The translations under genes were made by a program, and so were the position numbers. Below are positions 19,954-28,215 of a stretch of DNA of 64,000 nucleotides, piece by piece. The notes beneath the pieces were generated by a model. It did no database searches and had not been told where the DNA came from. It saw only the letters and a list, made by a program, of their open reading frames with translations. The stretch comes from a virus. Lineage: Duplodnaviria > Caudoviricetes. Location: positions 546 to 64,545 of IMG/VR virus record IMGVR_UViG_3300020048_000137; one strand, 5' to 3'. Numbering within the stretch: the first letter of the stretch is position 1; each line of letters begins with the position of its first letter.

Positions 19954-20141
19954 CCATTCCGCTCATACGCCTTGGAGTCCAGCGGCAGATTGCAGGCGGC
20001 GGCGGAGAGTTCTCGCGTCAGGCTTTCAATCTCCACTTTTGCGCGTTTGAGCATATCGCCCTCCCGGCTGTTCGGGAATGCGTAGCTGCCGTCAGTTTGA
20101 GCGTAGGCGTGATGGATGTTTTCGAGATATACAGATTTCAT
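19935..20141 (-). CDS. Cassette-borne hypothetical protein
   Basis: MKSVYLENIHH...; C-terminus encoded by attC arm. Confidence 0.55.
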   Translation of the reverse strand: MKSVYLENIHHAYAQTDGSYAFPNSREGDMLKRAKVEIESLTRELSAAACNLPLDSKAYERNGENDES

Positions 20142-20173
20142 TGAAATCGGAGCTTGAGATGGTTTCGGAAGAG

Positions 20174-20264
20174 TGAGAACCAGTCAGCGATGGCGACGCC
20201 GAGCAGCGTCCCCATTTAGGTTGGGAGTCCTTTCCCGTCGTCGCGCCTCACATCAGCGTTAGCA
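20174..20264 (+). repeat. attC-like site (last of array 1)
   Basis: TGAGAAC...GATGGCGACG / CGTCGCGCCTCACATC...GCGTTAGCA; central part shared with 30270-30325. Confidence 0.8.
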
Positions 20265-20482
20265 ATATCATGGACAACGAAGGCGCGTTCACTTGTTTCG
20301 GGGTCGTAGGTTCGGATCACGCCAAACCCTTTTTTCAGAGCTTGGTCGATCAGAGCTTCCACTGCGTATTTGAGGCCTCGGATGCTTTCGGCTTGGCAGA
20401 TAGCGTCCTCGGTCAATACAAAGCGCATGGGGAGCTTCGCGAATGGATCAGGCTGGGATATTACGGAATCGTTTGGTTTCAT
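20216..20482 (-). CDS. Hypothetical protein ending inside attC
   Basis: C-terminus ANADVRRDDGKGLPT is attC-encoded. Confidence 0.55.
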   Translation of the reverse strand: MKPNDSVISQPDPFAKLPMRFVLTEDAICQAESIRGLKYAVEALIDQALKKGFGVIRTYDPETSERAFVVHDIANADVRRDDGKGLPT

Positions 20483-20524
20483 CAGAGTTTTCAGGTTGTT
20501 CGGTTTCGCCCATTTGGTGCTGTA

Positions 20525-21007
20525 TCACCACCGTAAAACGGTAGCGTAAAATTCTGAAACCTGGTCGTCGGTAAGTTCCTTAATCACGCTCACCCCGTAT
20601 TTCGCACGGAGGGCGTCGAAGGTGGCCTTCACCGTGCCTTCGGTGTCGGCGAGGAGCTTGCCCTTGATGACCTCCTTCAGCGCGTTGCGAAGTTCGGCGA
20701 CGGGGAGGTCGGGGACTTCGGGTGCAGCTTCGACCGTGCCTCCGCAGTCTTCTTCGGCGGGATGGATGTCGAGGTCGGAGCCGCCGTTCTCTTCGGGGGT
20801 TTCCTCAGCGACGGGTGCAAGGCACTCGGGTTCCGGCTCGGGTTCGACGACGGCGAGCAGTGCGGCTTTCGCGGCACGCTTCTTCGGCGTGGTCGGAACC
20901 AGTGTGTCGGCGGCGGTGACGGCTCCGACGCTCAGGATCTCCCGGAGCGCGGCGGTGTTTTCTTTGAGAGCTTGGGTAAGCTCGGCGAGTTGTTGTTCAA
21001 TGGTCAT
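20525..21007 (-). CDS. Phage protein typical of DUF2800/DUF2815/PolA clusters
   Basis: N-terminal coiled coil, acidic linker, C-terminal helical domain (AKYGVSVIKEL). Confidence 0.6.
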   Translation of the reverse strand: MTIEQQLAELTQALKENTAALREILSVGAVTAADTLVPTTPKKRAAKAALLAVVEPEPEPECLAPVAEETPEENGGSDLDIHPAEEDCGGTVEAAPEVPDLPVAELRNALKEVIKGKLLADTEGTVKATFDALRAKYGVSVIKELTDDQVSEFYATVLRW

Positions 21008-21278
21008 ACGGTGTGTTTCTGGTTAAGTGCCGCCGCGATTGCGAAGGCGGTGAGAGTGGCTGCGATGAGGATGAGTTTCATGTCAGCCTCTTTCCTTGAT
21101 GAGGGTGACAAGAAACCATGTGAAGCAGAGGATGGCGATCCCTTGCACGGCAGGGTGGAACTCGGTAATTACGGTGGCGATCATGGTCGGTCTGAGTTAC
21201 GAAAACAATATGCGGTAATTTGTCAAAATGTCGAGAAGTTTTTTCGGAAATCGTTGGAGGGCTTATGGGGTAAGGGAT

Positions 21279-22046
21279 TCAGATGTCGATGGAGTCCACG
21301 TATGCGCGGTGAATCCGCCCCTGACAGATGGCAAAATACTCCTCGTCGCGCTCGATGCCGATGAAGCGACGACCCGTGTTCATGCAGGCTACGCCCGTCG
21401 TCCCGCTGCCCATCGTGTTGTCGAGGACGAGTTCTTCGGGGTTGGTGTAGGTCTTGGTGAGATACTCCATCAGGGCGACGGGTTTCGCTGTTGGATGGAT
21501 ATTCAGACCGTCGGTTGCAAATTCCAGGACGGTATTAGGGTATCCGGTCTGCTTCTGGACATAAGCTCCGTGGGAAGGACTTTTCCTGAAATGCACATCC
21601 GAATTGCTCTTGCCTTTGTAATCCCGTTTCTCGTTGATTTCGGTCAGACCTTGTGGGAAGTAAGGCATTCTGTTCTCACTCAGATTGGCGTGGTTTGTGG
21701 TGGCCGAACTGAAAACGCACACGTCCTCGTGCTTCTTCATCGGCTTGTTTTTAGCGTGGGCAAAATTCGTCGGGCGGTTCTTCACCCACACCCAGCAATA
21801 CTTGAACATGCTGAGATTCGACGCGATCAGGACACTCGTGAAAGGCTGCGATGCCGTCAGCACAATCGCCGCGTTCTTCTTCGTCACCCGCCGATACGCT
21901 TCCCATAGCGGCTCAAACGGGATGACTGTGTCCCACTTGCACGCAGTCGTCCCATACGGCAGATCGCAGAGGATCATGTCGATGCTCCCGTCGGGAATCT
22001 CTTTCATCCGTTCCAACGTGTCTCCTAGTTTCAGTTCGTAGTTCAT
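21279..22046 (-). CDS. DNA N6-adenine/N4-cytosine methyltransferase (beta class)
   Basis: Catalytic DLPY precedes SAM motif DNTMGSGTTG; HPTAKP. Confidence 0.92.
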   Translation of the reverse strand: MNYELKLGDTLERMKEIPDGSIDMILCDLPYGTTACKWDTVIPFEPLWEAYRRVTKKNAAIVLTASQPFTSVLIASNLSMFKYCWVWVKNRPTNFAHAKNKPMKKHEDVCVFSSATTNHANLSENRMPYFPQGLTEINEKRDYKGKSNSDVHFRKSPSHGAYVQKQTGYPNTVLEFATDGLNIHPTAKPVALMEYLTKTYTNPEELVLDNTMGSGTTGVACMNTGRRFIGIERDEEYFAICQGRIHRAYVDSIDI

Positions 22047-24589
22047 AAATCAGGCATCCTCTCTTCCAAAAGTTCAATCGGGTCATCAAGTCCATCCATA
22101 AACCCGTCGATGCTCACATACACCCGAGTCCGCTCACCGCCGACCTCGAACACCTTTGCGTTCTCGTAAGCACGGTATCCCAAAATGTGCAGGTAATGTG
22201 AAGCCCGTGCATTGTTCCGCCCAAGCAGCGCGGTCTCCCGCTCGACCTGTGCGTAGTGGATCACGTCCTTCCCGATCAGGGGATACGCGGGGTCGGCGAT
22301 GAGGTCTTCGATCTGGATGAGCATGGGGTTCTTGCCAGCATCGACAAGCTCATGGCGGAACACGGTGTCGGGGGCGTGGCCGTTCGGATTGAATGTTTCG
22401 CTGATCTGATATGTCAGGTAGAACTGGCGGAACGCACCGGGGTTATCCCTTATCAGGTCGTGAATCCGTGTGCAGACGCCCGTGTTCAGGAACGCGACGA
22501 CCTGCGACTTCGATTGCAAGCGGCTTTTCAGGATCATGTATCTGCGGTCGCTGTCCTCCAGCACCAGTGCGTCGTGTTTATTTGATGTCACGAAGTAGTT
22601 CGTGACGTTCACGATGTTCCGCAGGTCGCGGAACTTCTGCTGGACGGGGATGCGGTCGTTCGCGATGGCGTCCTTCAAACTGTTGTTGACTTCGTGACGG
22701 TTCGACCCCGCCGAGAAAAGCTCGTCGATGTAATTGAGATGTACACCTTCGCGCCACTCGTCGAACCCGCTGCCCGTCATCTTCGACCCTGTGATGATCC
22801 TGAAATTGGCTTCACCGATGGCGGCTTGCACGGTGTCCATGAGGGTTCCCTTGCCGCAGCCCTGCCCACCTTGGAGGAACGGCGACCACCGGATCTTGTG
22901 ACCCGGACGCTGGACGCAGTAGGCGAGCCAGTCGAGGACGTGGCGAACGTGGTTCTCGTCGGCGAGGTTCGCCCGTAGCAGGGCTAGGATGAGGTTGCCC
23001 GCCCGCTCGGCACCGATGGGGGAAGCGGACGGCACGGAGGACTTCAGGTAGGTGTTCACGAACCACTTGCCGTCCCGCTCAAAGTAAATGTCGTCGCCCT
23101 TTTTCTCCTTGTCCCCGTCGAACGCTTCGCGGGGATCATACACCGAGTCGTCCACGATCTTGATCCCTGCGGTGAACAGGGCATACGAGGATGCGGAGAT
23201 CGGGACATCGCCGTCCGGGGTGACGAGGTTCCGCCCGAACGTGTGGTTGAAAGCATCGGTGGTGTATTCCGCCCCAGTGACAGTGTTCCTGAAACGGTCA
23301 CGCGGACCTATGAAGCAGAACGGCAGCATCCAGGATGGTTTCTCGGCCTTCGCGCCGTCGTGCTTCTCCTGCCTGCGGAGACGTTTCATGTCCTTGAGGA
23401 TGGATGTCTTGCTGACCGACTTCCCGGATCGCTTGACCGCTTTCACGATCATGTCGGCCATCATCTCCTCGTCGGTGTCGGACGGTATGGGGAGCGCGGC
23501 GATCTTGCGGATGCCTTCCCGCAGCACGGTGTCCCCGTCCGTCGCCTCGCACCACTGCGAGAAAGCCGCGACGATTCCGTTAGTGAGTTTCTCGTGCGTC
23601 CACCCGGACTGCATGGCGTGGTGGAACAGGGTGCGGAGGGTGATCGGGTTCCGGCCTTCGGGGTAGGGCTTGAAGCTGCGCCACTTCAGGAGACACTCGT
23701 CCCTGTCCTTGTACTTCGCACCCTGCGACGACCATTCGTGGAACATCTCGAACGCTTCGCGGGCGATGTCCTCCTCGGTGAACTGGTGGCGGAGGGCTGC
23801 GGCGATCTCATACCACTCTCGGTAGCCGCAGTCAGCCGAGATGGCGTAGAGAGGTTCCCGGATGTCGTCGAGCGACATACCCGTTAAGGGTAGATTCAGG
23901 ATGCTGCCCTCCTTCATGTCACCCGCCTCGGGGGTGTAGGCATACCCGCTATCGTCCGGTGTAGGTGACTCGGTCGTCTCGGGCAGGGTCGTAGCGTCGA
24001 GCCGCTTCCCGTCGAGGCGGTCTGCGATCACGGCGTTGTAGTCCTCCCCCTGAAAGTGAAGGGGGCGGTATTGGGGCTGTGAGATGATGAGGGACTCGGG
24101 CTTGCCTTTGAAGGAAGCGGGGAGTCCGAGCAGCCCGATGACGTGCAGCACGGCACGCTTGAATAGCGCGGGTTCCACCGTTAGGCAGTCCACCATGATC
24201 TTGATGCGCGGCTCTGCGGGCGTATGCTTCGCTGTCGTCCATGCCACGAAGTTGTAGGGTGACAGGGCTTCGCGGATCGTGTCCGGCGAATTGAAAAAGT
24301 CGGCGGCTTCCGCACCGTCGAGGTCGATGATGATGAGGTTGAACCCCGTCGCACTTTCGTTCAGCCTTGCACACTCATCTTCTGGGTAAGTGGCAGCACC
24401 GAGCCACGCGCCGTCCTTCAGCTTGTCCCTGTCCGGGTGTGCAAGGAAGTCCCGACGCTTCATCGGGAACGCGACGGGAACGTGGACTTGCGACTGCACG
24501 AGATCCTTGAACGTCTCGGCGGCGAGGAGGCGGACGCGGCCACCTTGAACACTGCGACCACCAAAGAAGCGTGTGGGGGTGTCACTCAT
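22043..24589 (-). CDS. Primase-helicase (PriCT_2-like plus SF3/DUF5906-like ATPase)
   Basis: YREWYEIAAAL...WSSQGAKY; Walker A GGQGCGKGT; NYIDEL; DSDRRY. Confidence 0.88.
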   Translation of the reverse strand: MSDTPTRFFGGRSVQGGRVRLLAAETFKDLVQSQVHVPVAFPMKRRDFLAHPDRDKLKDGAWLGAATYPEDECARLNESATGFNLIIIDLDGAEAADFFNSPDTIREALSPYNFVAWTTAKHTPAEPRIKIMVDCLTVEPALFKRAVLHVIGLLGLPASFKGKPESLIISQPQYRPLHFQGEDYNAVIADRLDGKRLDATTLPETTESPTPDDSGYAYTPEAGDMKEGSILNLPLTGMSLDDIREPLYAISADCGYREWYEIAAALRHQFTEEDIAREAFEMFHEWSSQGAKYKDRDECLLKWRSFKPYPEGRNPITLRTLFHHAMQSGWTHEKLTNGIVAAFSQWCEATDGDTVLREGIRKIAALPIPSDTDEEMMADMIVKAVKRSGKSVSKTSILKDMKRLRRQEKHDGAKAEKPSWMLPFCFIGPRDRFRNTVTGAEYTTDAFNHTFGRNLVTPDGDVPISASSYALFTAGIKIVDDSVYDPREAFDGDKEKKGDDIYFERDGKWFVNTYLKSSVPSASPIGAERAGNLILALLRANLADENHVRHVLDWLAYCVQRPGHKIRWSPFLQGGQGCGKGTLMDTVQAAIGEANFRIITGSKMTGSGFDEWREGVHLNYIDELFSAGSNRHEVNNSLKDAIANDRIPVQQKFRDLRNIVNVTNYFVTSNKHDALVLEDSDRRYMILKSRLQSKSQVVAFLNTGVCTRIHDLIRDNPGAFRQFYLTYQISETFNPNGHAPDTVFRHELVDAGKNPMLIQIEDLIADPAYPLIGKDVIHYAQVERETALLGRNNARASHYLHILGYRAYENAKVFEVGGERTRVYVSIDGFMDGLDDPIELLEERMPDL

Positions 24590-26399
24590 GCGGGATTACC
24601 TCCATGCAGATTTCGATAAACATGGCTGCGAGCGGGGCTACGATGGAATTCCCGTAACCCTTCAAGCGCATCACCCTTGCTTCCGACGTTTCGTTGGCAT
24701 AGCCCGGTGCGCCCGGATCGCAGCTTGGCACCACTCCACGGGGTAGCCCTGCAACCAACGGGGCAGAGCCGCGTTGAGTACGCCGGGCTTTGCCGTCGCG
24801 GCAGGGGATGAGGTCAAAGTCTGACCAGAATCCAGTCCGTCGGGGTCGGTGAGCTTCGCCTGATGACCGAGCATCTGCTGCATCTTCGACCCCGGCAGAC
24901 CCGCTGCGTCGTCGTTCGCTGACGGCGTGAGCCATCCGCTGATCTGCTTCGGCTGAGTCAGTCCAACTTGTCGCCCCAGCTGGTCGAGCCTGTTGCGGAT
25001 GCTGCCGTCCGGGTTCACTCCCGTCTCCGACATTCCCGGCGAGTCCTTGTGATCCCTCGCTCCGGGTGTCGCCCATCCAGCGAGCGTAAAGCACTCCGTC
25101 GCGCTCGTCATAATCGTACCCATCTTGGATGGGGCCGGGACATTCGCAGTCCTCGGCGTAGGTGAGTCCGCAGATGGAGCATTCGTCTCCGGGTTCATCG
25201 TCGCCCCCTCCGAGGCAGTCAGCGGCGAAGGATACGCGTTTCCAACCATCACTGATGCCTGTTCCCCCAAATTCCCCGGCACATACTGGCGACCCATCGA
25301 CTCTCGGTAAGCTATCCGCTTCTCCATCCCCTCTTTCGTGCGAGTCATATTCGTGGTTGTGGGGGTCATCCATCCGCAGATTGGCATCGCAGCCTGCGCC
25401 TCGTGAGTCAGACCCACTTGGGCAAGCCGTCCCGTGATCTTGTCGTAAGCCCTCTGCCCCGGTGTCCACGGGTTGCCCTCCGAGTCCACAAGTCTGTCGA
25501 GGCTGACTCCCGGCTCCGACGTTGCGGGGCTGCGCCATCCGGTGATCGGTGGTTCGGTCAGATGTTGCGCTGTGTGCGCCAGTTGCGATGAATGGTTCGG
25601 TCTCGCCATCCACCGCGCCGAGTATGCTTGTGGATCGCTGCTCCTGGATGCGTTCACGTCCGCGCAGTTCGGTGTCGGCCATCCTGCTATTGGTTGACTC
25701 GCAGCTTCCGCTGCCAGATTCATCTGACCGCCGCCCTTGCGTTTCGCGAAGTGAACCTTCTCGCAGTTGTCCGTGGTCTTCGGAGTGTTCGGAGTGTTCG
25801 GAGTGTTCGGAGTGTTCGGAGTGTTCCACCCCACGATATGCGACCCAGTAGAGCCGCTGCCGGATGTGGGGTGCCCCGATGACGATTCGCTCCCAAGTCT
25901 CCTGATCTCCACGCACAAGCCGTCCTTCGCCGTCCTCCCCCGCGCACGGAGCGCATAGATCGAGGGCTGTGACGGGATAGCCCATTGCTTGCAAGTCCAG
26001 ACATACTCCGGGGAACCATTTTTCCCTTGCAATCTTGCTGCTAACTTGTTCGCCAATAAGGACTGGAGGTCGGCACTCGCTGACAAGGCGTTGAAAGACA
26101 GGCCAGAGGTGTCGCTCGTCGTCGGTTCCTGCTTGCTTTCCGGCGGATGAGAAGGGCTGACATGGGAGGCTGGCTGTCCACACGGGTCGGTCGTCCGGCC
26201 ATCCTGCGAGCTTGAGGGCGAGACTCCAGCCTGATACTCCAGCGAACCAATGTGCCTGCGTAAAACCGCGCAGATCGGATGGTTCGACTTCAGTAATGCT
26301 TCGATCATCGACATGTCCGTAAGGTATTTGTTTGTCCGCGATAAGCTGGCGTACCCACGCCGCTGCCGTTGGACAAAATTCGTTGTAATATGATGCCAT
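24582..26399 (-). CDS. C5-cytosine DNA methyltransferase, large (alpha) chain
   Basis: Motif I FAGVSG, IV LPCQPFS, VI GEQV, VIII HIRQRLYW, X LKGYGNSIV; no motif IX in this frame. Confidence 0.85.
   Translation of the reverse strand: MASYYNEFCPTAAAWVRQLIADKQIPYGHVDDRSITEVEPSDLRGFTQAHWFAGVSGWSLALKLAGWPDDRPVWTASLPCQPFSSAGKQAGTDDERHLWPVFQRLVSECRPPVLIGEQVSSKIAREKWFPGVCLDLQAMGYPVTALDLCAPCAGEDGEGRLVRGDQETWERIVIGAPHIRQRLYWVAYRGVEHSEHSEHSEHSEHSEDHGQLREGSLRETQGRRSDESGSGSCESTNSRMADTELRGRERIQEQRSTSILGAVDGETEPFIATGAHSATSDRTTDHRMAQPRNVGAGSQPRQTCGLGGQPVDTGAEGLRQDHGTACPSGSDSRGAGCDANLRMDDPHNHEYDSHERGDGEADSLPRVDGSPVCAGEFGGTGISDGWKRVSFAADCLGGGDDEPGDECSICGLTYAEDCECPGPIQDGYDYDERDGVLYARWMGDTRSEGSQGLAGNVGDGSEPGRQHPQQARPAGATSWTDSAEADQRMAHAVSERRRSGSAGVEDAADARSSGEAHRPRRTGFWSDFDLIPCRDGKARRTQRGSAPLVAGLPRGVVPSCDPGAPGYANETSEARVMRLKGYGNSIVAPLAAMFIEICMEVIPHE
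24671..26314 (-). CDS. Nested alternative-frame ORF, putative MTase beta chain (547 aa)
   Basis: Open over 1.6 kb in +1 frame; repeated W-x-[TS]-P modules; motif IX-like LNAALPRWLQGYPVEW. Confidence 0.72.
   Translation of the reverse strand: MSMIEALLKSNHPICAVLRRHIGSLEYQAGVSPSSSQDGRTTDPCGQPASHVSPSHPPESKQEPTTSDTSGLSFNALSASADLQSLLANKLAARLQGKNGSPEYVWTCKQWAIPSQPSIYALRARGRTAKDGLCVEIRRLGSESSSGHPTSGSGSTGSHIVGWNTPNTPNTPNTPNTPKTTDNCEKVHFAKRKGGGQMNLAAEAASQPIAGWPTPNCADVNASRSSDPQAYSARWMARPNHSSQLAHTAQHLTEPPITGWRSPATSEPGVSLDRLVDSEGNPWTPGQRAYDKITGRLAQVGLTHEAQAAMPICGWMTPTTTNMTRTKEGMEKRIAYRESMGRQYVPGNLGEQASVMVGNAYPSPLTASEGATMNPETNAPSADSPTPRTANVPAPSKMGTIMTSATECFTLAGWATPGARDHKDSPGMSETGVNPDGSIRNRLDQLGRQVGLTQPKQISGWLTPSANDDAAGLPGSKMQQMLGHQAKLTDPDGLDSGQTLTSSPAATAKPGVLNAALPRWLQGYPVEWCQAAIRAHRAMPTKRRKQG
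25779..25823 (+). repeat. Tandem repeat (TTCGGAGTG)x5
   Basis: Exact 9-bp unit; encodes (HSE)5 in one frame and NTP repeats in the other. Confidence 0.95.
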
Positions 26400-26405
26400 A
26401 TAGGT

Positions 26406-26606
26406 TCACGCTCCCTCCCCAGTGAGGTAGTCCTCTAACATCTGAGCGTCATTGAAAGACATTTTCTCAGTCTCACCTTTCAGGACGCGGCGCAGACGGT
26501 AATAGCCTATGCCTGTGAGGGTGGACAAAAGGGAAACTGCCACTCCAGTTTTTTCAATATGAGAGCGGGTGCGGTTAATGATATTCTCAGTCGGATCGTC
26601 AGTCAT
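26406..26606 (-). CDS. Small HTH (XRE/Cro-like) regulator
   Basis: AVSLLSTLTGIGYYRLRRVLKGE...MSFNDAQMLEDYL. Confidence 0.6.
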   Translation of the reverse strand: MTDDPTENIINRTRSHIEKTGVAVSLLSTLTGIGYYRLRRVLKGETEKMSFNDAQMLEDYLTGEGA

Positions 26607-27007
26607 GGTGCGGGAGACAGGGTGGTTGTTTGGTGTTTTGGTGTCAATGGCTTTTTTGCAAATTTCTTTCCGAGTAGAACCGGACGGACTTTTTCCAGTA
26701 TCCACGCCATGCCATGAGGCTTCGACTTCCACCCATCTGGCGTGCGTAAGCGGAAATTATTGATGCGATCTCCGCGCTCAATCACCCAAGAGGTGACTTT
26801 ACCAGATGCAAAGTCGTGGTATCGGATCGAGCCTAGCGCGGAACCTTCCCGCAGCGGCGGATTCATTTCCAATTCGCGCAAAACTTCCGGCGTAATCTCT
26901 GCCAGTCGCCGATCACGCTGCACCTGCTGTGATCGCTTTCCCATAGCACTCATTCTTAGAGACTTAGCGAGCGCACGTTTGCGGGAGAATCTTCCCATGG
27001 TTGTCAT
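26603..27007 (-). CDS. Hypothetical protein starting in array-2 half-site
   Basis: MTTMGRFSRKRALAKSL...; ATG overlaps TGA of upstream antisense ORF. Confidence 0.6.
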   Translation of the reverse strand: MTTMGRFSRKRALAKSLRMSAMGKRSQQVQRDRRLAEITPEVLRELEMNPPLREGSALGSIRYHDFASGKVTSWVIERGDRINNFRLRTPDGWKSKPHGMAWILEKVRPVLLGKKFAKKPLTPKHQTTTLSPAP

Positions 27008-27022
27008 AATAACTTGTTCGGC
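26958..27022 (+). repeat. Array-start half-site, copy 2
   Basis: Colinear copy of 18100-18164. Confidence 0.85.
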
Positions 27023-27067
27023 AGAGAAATTTTTTGTTTCCACAAGACATAGATAAGGATCGCGGCC

Positions 27068-27793
27068 ATGCCCCAAAACGACAAGCAGACGCAACCAGCA
27101 AAGAATGCCGCACCCCATAATAAAACAATGTCTGAATCTATCGAATGGTGGTCTGTATTCTGGGCTGTTTCTGGCTTAGTTCTAGGTGGAGCTGTAGCCA
27201 TTGTCGCATTTGTGGCTTTCTTTTTTTCATGGAAGGCAGGCAAACTCAAGGATGCGGAGTTCAAATTATACAAGGAGGACTCTGCAAAAGCTGTCGCCTC
27301 GGCAGACGCTACGGCGGCAGACGCTAACAAGATCGCGGCAAAGGCTAATGAACGAGCAGCAAACCTTGAGAAAGAAGCCGCTGACAGCCGCCTAGAACTT
27401 ATGAAGCTACAGCAGAAGCTCGCATGGCGCATCATCGAAGAACCTGCACGGAATGCCTTCTTCAATGCCACGGCAACCGTGCCAAAAGCTAAAATCCAAA
27501 TTTCATATCTATCAAATAGTGAGGAGGTTTTAAACTTTACAGCGCAGCTTGTAGAGATGTTTAGAGAGGCTGGATATGATTGCCCAAAATCTTTCGATGA
27601 AATGGGTTCTTTTATGCCAATGGGGCTTGCGATAGGGCTAGTAATCACCGTCAGAGACGAGAGCCACCAAGAGGGAGCGCAATTCCAGCACGCTTTAATG
27701 CGTGCTGGAATTGAAGCGTCAGTCCGATTTATTTCCGAGATTGGCAATGACGACATTCTTCTTGAGATCGGAGCTAAACCATCAAATAAATAA
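27068..27793 (+). CDS. Top-strand cassette gene: TM helix, coiled coil, globular domain
   Basis: Stop immediately before inverse core; AT-richer than phage core; start may be ATG 27128. Confidence 0.75.
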   Translation: MPQNDKQTQPAKNAAPHNKTMSESIEWWSVFWAVSGLVLGGAVAIVAFVAFFFSWKAGKLKDAEFKLYKEDSAKAVASADATAADANKIAAKANERAANLEKEAADSRLELMKLQQKLAWRIIEEPARNAFFNATATVPKAKIQISYLSNSEEVLNFTAQLVEMFREAGYDCPKSFDEMGSFMPMGLAIGLVITVRDESHQEGAQFQHALMRAGIEASVRFISEIGNDDILLEIGAKPSNK

Positions 27794-27917
27794 GCCGAAC
27801 AAGGCGGCGCATACAGCCCGCCGCCCGCTGTTGAATCAAAGTTACTCATGATTACTCTCCTTTCCGTCCATACGTCCGCGCTGAGTGGCAGCGGTTGCAT
27901 GGCCTAAGACGTTCGTT
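27794..27917 (+). repeat. attC-like site
   Basis: GCCGAACAAGGCGGCGCATACAGCCCGCCGCC / GGCAGCGGTTGCATGGCCTAAGACGTTCGTT. Confidence 0.9.
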
Positions 27918-27945
27918 AAGAAATTTTTCATAATACAAAATCGAG

Positions 27946-28215
27946 ATGAGATTAAAAGACAAGATACTGGTCGCCGCTGTGGCATTGCTGATTATCACTT
28001 GGTTGATCCCACCCACTAATGATGTGCAACAAGTTTATCGTTACAGGAAAGTGGAGGCAGTAGAGGAGTTTGTAGGATTCCATTTTATTTTCTTCAAAGA
28101 CCGGTATCGAAGAGAACTCAAGATTGATTGGGCGAAGCTGTCGTTGCTGAATCTGGCCATTTTGGGTGCAGGTGGGGCGGCATATTTTCTGGTTTCTAAG
28201 AAGGGTGAATTATGA
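27946..28215 (+). CDS. Top-strand cassette gene, 2-TM membrane protein
   Basis: Hydrophobic N- and C-terminal helices. Confidence 0.65.
   Translation: MRLKDKILVAAVALLIITWLIPPTNDVQQVYRYRKVEAVEEFVGFHFIFFKDRYRRELKIDWAKLSLLNLAILGAGGAAYFLVSKKGEL

Larger units (their letters stand above)
18100..20264 (+). mobile_element. Integron-like cassette array 1 (6 cassettes, no integrase)
   Basis: Core/inverse-core pairs: GTTGTGC 18158/GCACAAC 18384; GTTAGCC 18508/GGCTAAC 18771; GTTAGGT 18851/GCCTAAC 19046 (wobble); GTTAGCG 19129/CGCTAAC 19547; GTTCGCA 19631/TGCGAAC 19833; GTTCTCA 19947/TGAGAAC 20174. Confidence 0.9.

Noticed and set aside
20762-21908. 200- and 226-aa + strand ORFs
   Set aside because: Antisense to well-supported - strand genes (20525-21007, methyltransferase)
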